The position numbers and the translations under genes are program-made. Positions 52,101 through 64,000 of a stretch of DNA of 64,000 nucleotides are shown piece after piece. How positions within the stretch are numbered: position 1 is the first letter of the stretch; each line of letters opens with the position of its first letter. This stretch comes from Euprymna scolopes (lineage: Eukaryota): assembly GCA_053919585.1 (NCBI GenBank), contig CM132784.1; one strand, 5' to 3'. The notes beneath the pieces were generated by a model. The model was not told the origin of the DNA. It did not search any database and worked only from the letters and a program-made list of their open reading frames with translations.

Positions 52101-53186
52101 TGTTCTACCACCATCTAAAAGTGTTGCTGCAATCCCACTTGATGCGACTACAAGTGCAATATTGTTTGTGAGGCGAACTTTTGCTAGAAGCAAGTTCAAT
52201 AAGAATGTCTTGCCAGTTCCACCAGGAGCATCAATAAAGAATGTTATACCTTGGTCATTATTAATACTTTCGAAAATGTTCTCGTAAATATTTCTTTGTT
52301 CGTCCACAAGTCTCGGTTCATTTCGGTTGATGAAGTGATTACATGCTTCATGATTGAAAGAGGTCTCCTGTTGTATTCAGTAATTTATGTTCATTATTTC
52401 ATCAGGCTCTGGCATTCCACAAGTAGTTAATGTACGGTTAAGTGCTTGGACTCGACAGGATAGGTCACTGAGAGATAGATTAAAAATTTCAGGTGAAAAT
52501 GCAATTGCCATATTTTCATTTTGCAGTCGGGTTTGATGAAGATAATCTTTAGACATATCAGTTTTGAATTCCTCCCACAGCAAATATGGTTGCTCAATCT
52601 CACAGGCATAATTGCGAATAACTGTCTAATTTGACTGGCTACTTGTGAAACTGATGCTTCTTGTAAGGTTTTTTGCCAATGTTCATCATCTTTCAAAAGT
52701 CGACGTAATGCACATTCTTCTTGGTGTGTTGTACACAGTACACCTTGAAATGTTCGGAGATACTCAAAGGATGTTGGTCCACGAACAGTGTGGAGGAGAA
52801 GCAGTCGTAAATAAAAACACTCTCTATTATTGGGGTGTACAGTATAAGTACGACCAATAGCATCGCTTTGATGTCATGTCCAGGAATAATACGTCCTTGC
52901 TTATGATGGACCTATTTTTTTTTGCTTACTCCACATATAAGTAGGGATTTCTATATATAAAAGTGATCGGGCAAAATCATCTTGGCAAAGGCAAAAAAAC
53001 GCAGTAAATGTAGTTTGTGGTGATGTCTGAGCTAAAGCATGTATTGTATCCTCATTGAAATAAACTCTCTGTCCATTTTCAAGATATACTGCTAAATTAA
53101 CCACGGTCGTTAATGATTGGTGTATTTCAAATCCAAAGATCCTCTATATACGAGCTTCGTTACTGGAGATGTATCGGCCTGTCTGA

Positions 53187-54848
53187 CAGGGTTGGATCAA
53201 ATACTGACTTTTAACAATTGAAATACAAATACAAATACTTTCGTTAAGGTTACCAGAAATACAAATACAAATACTTTTATTCCTAACTCTAAAAATACAA
53301 ATACAAATACTAACGCTAAAAATACAAATACTTTTATTCCTCAATCTCAAAATACAAATAAAAATACAATAACTGATTTAAACAATCTGAAAATATGCGA
53401 AGAAAAGAAGAAAAAAGAAGAAATATTTCCTTCCAAATTTGACATCTACATTACACTCTATATCATGTCCTCATTGCATTTTATCATCATTAGAGCTCTG
53501 AAAGTTTCCGGGCCAAGTTTGGCTCGCTCTGGGGTATAAAAATTACCAGCCTTGCTGAAAACTCTTTCAGATGGTGCCGATGTTGCACAGCACCCTAGAA
53601 TATTTCTGGCGAAAGGCTTCAAAATCTTGAAGCTCTTGTTTTCTCGCCAGTACCTCAGTGGGTTGACGTCAAAAGCCAGAACACATTCTTCTAAGTAGGA
53701 ATCGAGTTCTGCCTTTACCGCTGTAGTGTCGCTTATTGATGGACTTACATTTAGCTTCCCAGCTGGTGGCATGTAGGCAAAAAGACGAGGGCGTTTTGCA
53801 TTCATGTCAGCCTCGTCTTGATTTGTGTTCACGGTCATGAAAAACTTCCTCTCTTGAACTGTGTTCTTCAAAGACAACTGAGTTGACTGCGAAATAATTA
53901 GGTCCACAATCTTCGAAATATTTTTATTTTTCATTTTTTCACATGACAGCCATGACAGCTTAAACCTGGGGTCCATGACAGCTGCAGTAATGACATCAGT
54001 CCTATCAAGAAACGGATGCAATCTCATTTTGATAGAAGACTGTAGTGCATTAGCCAAGTTTAAGCAGTAGGTTGGTTTACTTTCCATGAATAGTTTGAGG
54101 CTGTGTTCAAGGCCAAATACAACTGGTGCAACGCAAGAAAGTGTCACCATGTTTTCTCCTTCCACTTGCGACATTGCCTCTTGGAATGGGTCCAAAATTT
54201 GCACCACTTCTTTTAGCATTGCTATTTCCACTACGTTCAATTCTCGTATGTTCTTACACGATCCTAGGAGACAAATAGCTGAGTTGACGCCATTGACATC
54301 TTTGAGAACTGACTTAAGCATAGTCAGTTGAGAGTTCCATCTAGTAGCATTAGCAGCCTGCAGTGAAGTCCCAATATTTTCCAAGAACGGTGCTGCCACA
54401 GTAGATCGCCGTATTGCAGCTACAATACTACAGCACTTGTGTATCACAGTTGCAATTGCGCTGCATCTGACACTGGGATCATTGAAGGCATCTCGTATGC
54501 AGATTTGTTGTGTGTGTGCAAAGCAACTGGACCGATCCGGTGGAAGAAGGGCAAGGACTTCATTCAGATCAAGTTCTTCTTCCAAAATATCAAGTTCTTC
54601 TTCCAAAATATCAATGTTATCTATATCACATGTATGTGAACAGGGTTGGATCAAATACTGACTTTTAACAATTGAAATGCAAATACTTTCGTTTAGGTTA
54701 CCAGAAATACAAATACAAATACTTTTACTCCTAAGTCTACAAATACATTTATTCCTAAATCTAAAAATACAAATACAAATACAATTACATTAAAATTGTA
54801 TTTAAATACAATTGAAATACAAATACAATTGTATTTGATCCAACCCTA
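53187..54848 (-). mobile_element. Composite hAT (Ac/ZBED-like) element with 3' transposase remnant 53458-54640 and terminal 208-bp MITE
   Basis: TIR (C/T)AGGGTTGGATCAAATAC at 53187, 54641 and inverted at 54848; AAATAC subterminal arrays; CFAH, TRWNS, MDPRFK and SAPSERVFS motifs; TSD CTGTCTGA / CTGT--GA. Confidence 0.85.
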
Positions 54849-54952
54849 CTGTGATAAATTTTGATTTCATCTCTTTCAGCTTCATCACCAATTCTAAAAG
54901 TAGCCATATCACTACCCTTATTGATATATTTTGTTATGTATTTAATTGCTTT

Positions 54953-57020
54953 GTAAGTAAGGCAAACTCCTTCTGACAACAGTTGAGCTCGAGCAGTATC
55001 AGTAGATGGAATCACAAAGTTCAAAGGGTCCTCGTCTGTTTCTTCCTCTCTTATCAAGAAGAGAGGACGTAGAAACCTGCAGTTGTTAGGAGCGAGGTTC
55101 TGCCAAAGAATTTTGGTAGTGTTATCATTGAATCGTCGTTGGAGTTTCAGGGGTGTAATGCCATACTGGAACATGTTTTCTTCAGCATCAAGCATATTTG
55201 TAAAGTTCCACACAACCTGCTGACCTGCACCATCGCAACCATCTTTAAAGATCATTTCCAGGATACCATCCTTCTTCTCTATCTCTTCAGGTGGAACCAA
55301 ACCAAGAATCGATGAAATTGTAATCTTAACCACATCTATGTACTGGACCTGGACTCCTCTGTCGTTGAGAACAGGAGAAATAACTGGACGGAGTTTCTTT
55401 CTTCCCTCTAACAACTCATTACTAGTAGGAAAGTAAATTCCTTTGGCAGCCAATAAGTTTCTCATCTTCCTCATCTGGTCCCTGCTAAGTGTCAGCGAGT
55501 GCATAATAGCGATAGCCTCGTCCACTTCAAAGGAGCGTGCGTTCGTGATGCTGGAGGTAAAGATCTCATGACCGACTTTGGCAATCTTCTTCTCGGACTG
55601 AATGTTAATTCTATGAATCAGATATCCAAGTAGCTGGGTGACACTCAATTCAGGGCATTCTTGTTGGACATAGTCACTGATGTGTTGAAGAAGAGATTCA
55701 GTTCTTTCCTTCTGCATCCGGGAGCCCAAATCAACAAATTTTCCTGCGTTTCTTTTGTGGTTCTACTGAAAGTGGACACTTTCTTTCGAAGTCGGTTGTT
55801 AATTTTGAAGCCTGCTCGAGGATTTTAGCGGTTCCCACTTTAGCATTTTTTAAACGCCCGAAACGCTTCCAACCTGTCATAAAGAATGTTGTCACTTCTT
55901 CACACTCCTTAATACCATGCGTGTCCATGAAATGTTGCAGACATTTTTTTATACTCAGGAGATTTGTTTCTGCTGATCTGAGAAGCCACATCAATGATTG
56001 ACTGGAAAATGTGGTACTCAGAAACAGCTGTGCGATCATCATCTACAATGGATGCCATCTTTGATCTGTTGATAGAGATATACAGATAATCAATTACAAG
56101 ATGATATTGATAAAGCATGAAACAACATTATACTAACACTAGATAATGCCACGTTACCTCCCCTTGCTAATGATCTATGATCCTAATTCTAAATGCAGGC
56201 AAGTTGATTAAACTAAATTATCACAATCAACACAAAGAACACATCAACACAAAGATTGAATGTTAGCTATTTCCTATGGAATTCACTGGAAAGAGCTCAA
56301 TGGAGGAAAGATACCATTTTTTACAGAACTCAAAAACCTTGTTTTGTTCTTAAACAATGTGAATTTCAAAATTGTCGAAAAACCTTGTTTCGCCAATTTG
56401 GCTCCAAATATAGATAAATTGAATTTCAAGGTAATTTTTCAACAATAAATCGTATTCAAACCGCTAATAGTGACAAGTCAAACTGAACATTTTTTAAACC
56501 TCATCCTAAATTTTTCAAAACATATATGGTTTAGTATGTCACTATTAGCGGTTTTCTTGCTAATTGCAGGGTTATTCATAAATTATCGTGCATTTTTTGC
56601 AAAAAATATGGCTATTTTCGGTCATTTTTTGCTAATTTTGGATAATTTTTTGGCCAAAATTTGGATTTTTATCATATTAAATATAGTTTGAATGGCCTAA
56701 ATCACATATCTAAAGGTATATTAGTCAATTGATGATACAATCATAAGTATTTTGCCTCTTCTACCATAGGAAATTCGTAATCTGAACCGATCAGCAATTT
56801 TTACCAATTTTTAGCTTTGCCGTAATCATATCGTTCCGCGATGCGACGCGTGACCGAATTTGGCATGATTTCAAATTGCGATAGAATCTCTCCACGATGT
56901 GCTAGAGACCTAATTTTTTTTTTTGTTGATTCAGAAATTGGATGGAGATGACGTTTATAGCTTGTAAAAATCTTTGTTGAGACTTTTATTTTGGCTATTT
57001 CCACCTCTGGGCCCACTGTG
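54953..57020 (-). mobile_element. RAG1-like/Transib copy B, 5' half only
   Basis: Left terminus CACAGTGGGCCCAGAGG at 57020; transposase from about 56058 (MASIV) is clearly homologous to copy A (MHSLTLSRDQMRKMR, FKDGCDG, LRPLFL); truncated after GVCLTY. Confidence 0.88.
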
Positions 57021-57993
57021 CCACATGGGCCATGGATTAGTTGTGTTTTGATGATATCAAAAATAATTGGATCAGCAGTTTCATCTGGCAGCTCAGCTGA
57101 AATAATTTTGTCTATGTCATCTAATGTTCTCTTTACACCAAATCAGGGTGTGAGAGTGAGGAAGTCCTCTCTTTTACCACTCACTTGTTGTCATGCAAGC
57201 ATTTAATTCACCAAAAATGTTTCCTTCCTTGATTAGCCAGAGAAATTTTTTAGCTTTTCATGAAATACCCGAGCAATTAAGTCATGGCGATCCTTGGTTG
57301 TTTGGTATTGAAAAAGTTCATCTTTGATTTCAGTCGACTTGGGATTACAAGTAAATGTAATAAAAAGATCAGCACGACCAAATTTTCTGATATAAGCTAT
57401 TGCATCCTGAATTCTTTGATGCATATATCGCGGTCCTCCTGTGTAGGTTGAAGGCAAGATAATTGGCTGTCCAATATTTGTATGATCACCATCAGAATTT
57501 ATAGCATCTCTTAGGTGTATATAATCATCCACTCTTAATTTTTTTTGATTTCTGTATGAAACCTAATCTTTCGGTTTCTATTTTCGCACACATGTCCACC
57601 ATGAATTGACTGGTCACTTATTTTAAAGATAAAATATGATTACAGTCATCTCTAGCCATGAAAAGAAATGAATAAAAACATTTTGCTGTAACTAATCGAT
57701 TATTATCAAGACCTGTTACTGGGTTTTTTTTGACAGAGCTGAAAATGATACCCATCTTGACCATTCCAGAAAATAAGTGGGTATTGAAGTGCATCATAGG
57801 CTCTGTGAGTCTCAGCAATACGTCGCAATTGTCCACTTCTTAATTGCAAAATAATGTCTACATGTTCATGTTCCTCATCCATCATTAAGATTGCAATTTC
57901 ATCTGTCACAGGTGCATTGTATCTCCGTTCATGTTCTCCAGATGGACGCTTGTCTGCTCTTATGATGATTTTTTGATTTTCCATATGCTGCAT

Positions 57994-59860
57994 TAGACCT
58001 CTTCAAAATTGACCTTTTTCTTCAAACATATGGAAACTGCTTTTATTCCCATTCTCCAAGGTCTAAATTAGCTAAATATACCAGTTATTGTGATCTTGGA
58101 CCTTGGCTATGCCTGCCTCAAGAGCCATGTAATTTTATTGTTGACGTTTTTCAAAAATGCTGCAAAATATGGGATATTATGTCCTTATTTTCATTGTAGC
58201 TTTCCAGAGGTTGATGCTATAGCATTGAAAGTGGTACCAAATGAAAGCTAATAAAATTTTCTTGCATATGGTAGTAAGCACTATAAAACACATGAACACC
58301 TGTGTAAATTTTAACTAATTTTAATGCACAAACAGCTGGGACACTACAAAAAATCAGTTTGGTAGTATGATAGCACTGCACTGACACATATATTGCATAA
58401 GAAACTGTCAGATAGGATGTTACTAATACATGTATTATCACTTGTTCAATGTGGCTTTTTTGAAACTGTCAAATTTTTTCCTGTGGTACTCCACAACTTG
58501 TAGTAAGCAGCTTCTTTGCTCTGGATCACTCGTGATCTGAGTTGCAAAGTCACTCATTAGTTTCACACCTCTCTCAGCCACATCATTGGTCACTTTCACT
58601 GACCTCACAAACTTCTGTGCATTCCTGTAGCTGTCATTGTCTTCCCAGGTGTCAGCAGGAGTAGTACGCCAGTCACATTTCACTCGAAGAGCATCAAACA
58701 GAAAGTGAGACTCTGGCCCTACCAGGTCTGTGAGAACTGTAGCCGCATTGATGACAGGAAACACTGGCTTGCCTTTCCTGTAACTCTCAGGTTTCTCTGT
58801 TTCTGACAGCTTGACTGCGAGCTTCTCTTTTGCAGACTTGGTCATGCTGGCATGTGAACTGAACAAGGTGAATGGCACTAGTTCCTGGGTCAGATACCAG
58901 CGGTGGTTGTTCATTTTCTTGAGAACAGAGGTTGCCAGTTCATAGTCATACTGCTTGTATTGCAGCATGTTCTTCATAAGCTGGAGGTCATGGATAGGTG
59001 CATCAGCTGCAGATGTGGTGGTCACCCAGTGGCTGGTGTAGAATAAGGCCAGGAACTTGTTCATCCTCTCCAGCTCGAAGATAGTGTCTGTGTTGTATTT
59101 TAGTTCCTTGGAAAACATGAGCATCTTCATACAGTAAATGTTCCTGGCCATCCAGCGGGCTTGGTGAATGGCACCTGGCTTGGCCCAGTGGATACCTCGA
59201 GGAGGTTCCTCACCAAGCAGGATCAGGCACAGCTCTGCCACCTCTCTGTAATCTGCCCTCGGACTTGCTTCCTCAAGGAAATTGCTTAAGACTGCAATTG
59301 TGCTTGTCTTCTTCTGTTTCAAGACTTGTTCAACTAGATCCAGAACTCTTGGGCAGTCCTTAACCAACTTGTCCCACTTCTCTTTCACATTGCTGAACAT
59401 TGGGTTGTCAGGACTCTTGACCTTGCTGAACACAGCCTCCCATACACTTCCAATTATTACCTCTGATATGTGATGGCGACAAGCGAAGTAGAATACCTTT
59501 TTGCCTAGTTTTTCTTCAATAAGCTTCGCTGCACCCTTGTTGATGCCACTGTTGCTTGCTGTGGTATCAAATACCAAGCCTACAATGTTGTCTGTGAGAT
59601 CCCATGCTTCTATCAGTTCCAATGTAGCATTACACTGTTGGATTCCTGTGGAACTTTCTATGAAGGGCACACCAAGCAGCTTCCCTTCTTCATACTGTGG
59701 AGTACCAGAGACGAGCACTGCAAGACTTTCCACTGGGTATCTTTCATCAAGAACATCCTGTAGAAGTTTTCCATCCCAGTGTAGTGTGCAGTAATCTAGC
59801 GGACTTTCCTTGAAGTTATTCATGTAACTTTGGCACAAGTTATGACGAGTGTTTATCCTA
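57994..59860 (-). mobile_element. hATm-like element, 3' part, with open 466-aa transposase core (58438-59838)
   Basis: HWDGK, FDTTASN, ACRHH, HQARW and TNDVAERG motifs; Helitron sequence is interrupted at TAGACCT (57994). Confidence 0.75.
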
Positions 59861-61009
59861 TTTCATCTTGTAGTAGAGAATTTCTGATTACCGAGTGTGA
59901 GGTTTGATCAACCATTGTCACATGTTGCTCTCTTTCTGGCGTTAGTGTAACAATATCAGTATGGATATTAATGGAACAATCCTACTGTTCATCTAAACTT
60001 TCATTTAATTGTAGATATCCGGATCCTGTTAGCCATTAATCGATTTTGTCTTTCATGTTCATCTTCATTTTCTCTTGATGTAGCCATCGTACTGCTGCAA
60101 GCAATCAAACGTGATGTTGTATCAGTTGAAGGTTCAGTCTCTCTTCGTCTAGCAATGCGAATTCTATTAGCAAGCAAATGTTCTTCTCGTGCTTCATCAC
60201 TTTCTTCTGATCTTTGTTTTTTTTTGTTTTTTGTGTGCTGCTGCTGCATTCCTATATGATGATGACGATGATTTCTTTGGCATTTTTAGTATACAGTGTT
60301 ATAAAAAAACAGTAAAACTCAATGTTTCAAAATTGTACAACAGAAGAAACTGTAGGAAAATGTAAAATCAAAGGAATACAAAATACAAAGTATTAGTTGA
60401 TAAAAGATGCTAAAGAACAGCAAATCTTTGAACAAAAAAAAAACGAACCGAGTAAATAAACTGTAAAAACCGTAACACAAAATTAGCAAACAAATGAAAG
60501 CTTATATTAACATTAAAAATTCCAAATGTAATCCGAATACGTATGTTTGTGTATGCTTTGTTTTGATTTAACTCGGCAAATATTGTTAATGCTGCAATGA
60601 TAAAAAAATAATGTAACAGCATAAATTTGTTGAGAGTAATTACTTAAAGGTAATGGCAACTATATACTTTTTTCATAATCTGAGATTATCGATGGTGTCC
60701 AAAGGATTGTTTTCTAACAAGGGCAAGTCTATATAAAAATTAGGTGTTTGAAATGGATAGAACTAATAAAAAATAGTTGTAAACTTGTACATTTAATCGA
60801 TTACAAACTATCTAAAACTAATTGAAATTCACTTATTTCTAATATTTGAAACTATGGTCTCAAGTGCGCATTTTTTTAATAAGCAAGTGAGATTTTCTTT
60901 GAATATTTTTCAGGTGAATATTATCGATTACAGACTTGACTTTCAGAGTAATGTTTCAAGTTTTTGTTAATAGAAAAAAGTGAAGAAGTTATTTTTTAGT
61001 TTTGTTGTA

Positions 61010-61215
61010 GAAAATAAGTAGTTATTGAAGTGCATCATAGGCTCTGTGAGTTTCAGCAATACATTGCAATTGTCCATTTCCTAATTGCAAAATAATGTCT
61101 CTCTGTTCTTGTTCCTCATTCACAATAAGGATTGAAATTCCATCTGGCACAGGTGCATTGTATCTCTGTTCATGTTCTTGTCTGCTATTGTGATGATGTT
61201 CCAATATGCTGCATA
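61010..61215 (-). mobile_element. Second Helitron Rep fragment, paralogous to 57780-57993
   Basis: RYNAP...AETHRAYDALQ. Confidence 0.75.
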
Positions 61216-62095
61216 CATTCTAGGGCATATTTAAACATCTATCACAGTTGTGATTTGATGTGAATCTTGAAAATGCATTCATCAGGAAATTAATACATCT
61301 AGAAATTTTTATTACTGAGTGAGAGTTTTGAACAACTATTGTCACATTTTGCCCTGTTTCTGCAATGTCGTGTAATCTTAAAGTACCAGTATGGACATTA
61401 ATCGATTGATACTGATGTTACATAGACTTTCATTAAATCTTATTTTATGCTTCAGAGACAGCAGAGTGCTTTATAATGACTGGAAATGCTATTGAGACTG
61501 GTTAAAAGAAAATGTAATTAATAACATTTGTTGTATTTACACATCCCTAAAAGGATTTTTCCTGGATTTAAAGAAGCACACATAACATATACAGTATAAT
61601 CACATATGTAAATAAAATGTAATGAGAACATATTTTCTTAAAAGTGGAAATTAGCATGTAGAATATAATATGTAAAGTATAAGATATTTTATGAAAAACA
61701 TGGCATAAATTGTTTAAAGGAAACAGGTTAATATGCAATCTGTTTTAAATAGAAACATTATATTGAAAAATGTTAGTAATATGTTCAAATACATCAAATT
61801 GATTATGCTTTCACAGATTAGGTTTTAAATTAGAAAAGTCAAAAATATCCATGAAATTTATAAAATATGTGGTTACTCACTGCACGCAAAGGGGTGGGGT
61901 GGGGGTGGGGTAAAAAATTACATTGAAATGTATATAATCACTAAGAACATAGTATTACAGTATAATCACATTAAACATTCATCCGATATTATTCAGGGAG
62001 AAAGATTTAAATATGTAAATAAAATGTAATGAGAACATATTTTCTTAAATTTCATGAGTATTTTAATCAAACATTTTGCATAAATTGATATGCTT

Positions 62096-62600
62096 TTAAA
62101 GATTGGTTGTTTTTTGTTTTACATCATATCGATCATTTTCAGGTCGTTTAATGCCGAGTCTTTTAAATTTGTGTAAAACGTCAGCGAATTGATCTGCAAG
62201 AAAAGTACCAGTTGTACCAATATCAGAAAGAACCCTGTGTATCAAATATTCACTCTCCTTTGATGTCTCCTTTGTAATTATCAAATGGCATTCATGTCCT
62301 TTGACTTTTTTTTCAGAATTTTATTTCCATTTTCCTTCACTGATTCCTTGGAAAGTAGTGTGTCTTTGTCTGTTCTCCTATCAACTCTTTTACAAAGAAG
62401 ATTCTTCGCATTTTCATTTTGTTTTTCATAGACATTTCTTTTTATTTTGGCCTTGACTCTATCAATTTTGCATTTATCTATATAGATATATTTTATATCT
62501 ATATTAAGTATAGGAAGGTCCATAGCACTCAAATCCAAGAGCAAGGCTTGGCTGACTCCAAGATTAGATGATATACCATCCCTGAGTAACTCCAGAGAAT
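62096..62600 (-). mobile_element. Decayed hAT/hATm-like transposase fragment
   Basis: IDKCKIDR, VDRRTD (for .DGR.D) and EYLIH...GT.LA remnants. Confidence 0.45.
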
Positions 62601-63479
62601 ACCTTGGAATATTTGTTAAGTTATAAGGCCTTTAAGAAAACTGATTGTTTATAATTATTCTCCCTCCACCTTTCACCCCACTTGAGTTGGCTCTACATCC
62701 ACAGTTAATAATTTTGGTATTGGCAGTTTGCTGCAGATCAATGCACAGTGTGATTCCTTTAGCCTCCTAACATGCGTGAGAGAACTGACAACTGCTTTGA
62801 TTATGTTTAGAATAACTTTATTCTTGCACATATGCAGCTGTGAAAACTGCAATACAAATAAATAAAAACAATTAACATAAATGCTATACAAAATGTACAA
62901 AATGATGTATTTTACAAAAATAAAATGAAAACAAATAAAATACAAAGAAAAGGATATGAGATGGACATGAAAGCGACATCAGACACATGCGATACAAAGG
63001 GTTTCAAGACTTTCACGTGGAATGAGAAATGTAACTGCCGAACATATAATATATAAAAATACTGATTATATTCTTATCAACAACAAGGCTACATACTACC
63101 TAATATGTGAATCATGACCAATAAAATAAAGATTTTGGATTCTTACCTCGTTGGCACTTTTAGGGGCTAAAGAAAAAAGAAATAACTGCTACTACATTTA
63201 AACTGACCGAACAATGGATGGACGACGAAGCGAAGCAACCTGTTCTCTCAACAGTCCAATTTCAGAAAGGGCTTGGCATCCTTTCTGTGATATCACTGGG
63301 GCCGAATCACTACCCGGAAGTACGATCACCTATCTTATTTTGCCTTTTAAGCTATATATAACACAAATGAGTATAAATATATTTTATTTAAATATATTTA
63401 TACCACTTTTACGATATTCTAACTAGAACGATATTTTTCCTATCTTTTTTGACCTCATCTTAAGGGCCTATTTTACGGT

Positions 63480-64000
63480 GATGGATTTAGCCAAGGTCTA
63501 TTAGGCTTTGATATTTGGCATTAAATGGCCAGAATACCAAACCCATCTATCCTAAGAAAAGCTGAATCTGGCGGCAGCCACACTCAGTCATGCATATTTC
63601 TGCCGTATTCCTTTATTATCCTCTGTCCTTCTGCAGGTTTTTCTCTGATTAAGGTCTTCCACTTGTTATTTCCTCTTGTCATCACTTACCTCTTCTGCTG
63701 CTTTTGTGATCTTCAACCCATCACATTCTTTTTAAACATGGAACACAGATCAATGTACCAAAGCTATCCCAGTCAACCATAGTGTCAATATACTGTACAA
63801 TAGAGAGATATGTTGGAGGACTTGTTGCATTTTGTTTTTATCTTAACTGAGACAATCGAGTGGTTAGAAAATCCCAGAGGGGACAGAACGGAAGATGAAC
63901 ATAGCTCAGCACAAATTGTGAGAAAAAGGTCTAGGAAACTTGCATACTGACCATCTGTATCGGGCACATGAGTGGGTTCATAGGTCGAAAGCAATAGAGA
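63480..64000 (-). mobile_element. Third copy of the CR1-endonuclease chimera (runs off the window end)
   Basis: YASFLDLFL...SNHSIVSVKIKTK followed by the same junction and tail. Confidence 0.75.

Larger units (their letters stand above)
51103..60283 (-). mobile_element. Decayed Helitron RepHel, interrupted by three DNA transposons
   Basis: STPR-like N-terminal repeats (60001-60283), RRYNAP..YDALQYPL, LFITFTCNP, HGPCG, IKYITKYINKG, GRYISSNEA, APGGTGKT, DEATM, GDFRQ, FAMTINKAQG. Confidence 0.92.

Overview
AT-rich eukaryotic genomic DNA from an invertebrate-like metazoan (species not determinable here), with one 140-bp assembly gap. One host gene is supported: six phase-consistent 3' coding exons of a TMEM201/Samp1-like nuclear-envelope protein (+, 8429-21250). 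Most of the rest is transposon-derived. It includes two related RAG1-like/Transib elements with CACAGTG termini, both inserted in Helitron RepHel sequence; a THAP/P element; a Buster-type hAT carrying a DD37E Tc1 insertion; an intact ORF1-less CR1-type LINE plus chimeric derivatives; mariner and Gypsy relics; a young Gypsy-type LTR element; and a Helitron nested by three DNA transposons. Two signals stand out. (1) The RAG1-like ends are bipartite: a heptamer plus a shared 9-mer TGGAAATAG, with 10- vs 19-bp spacers (RSS-like asymmetry). (2) The young LTR element has TA..TA termini, a PBS that pairs with its own LTR (possible self-priming) and a captured, domain-complete LINE endonuclease. All family assignments come from motif recognition by eye; no database searches were run.
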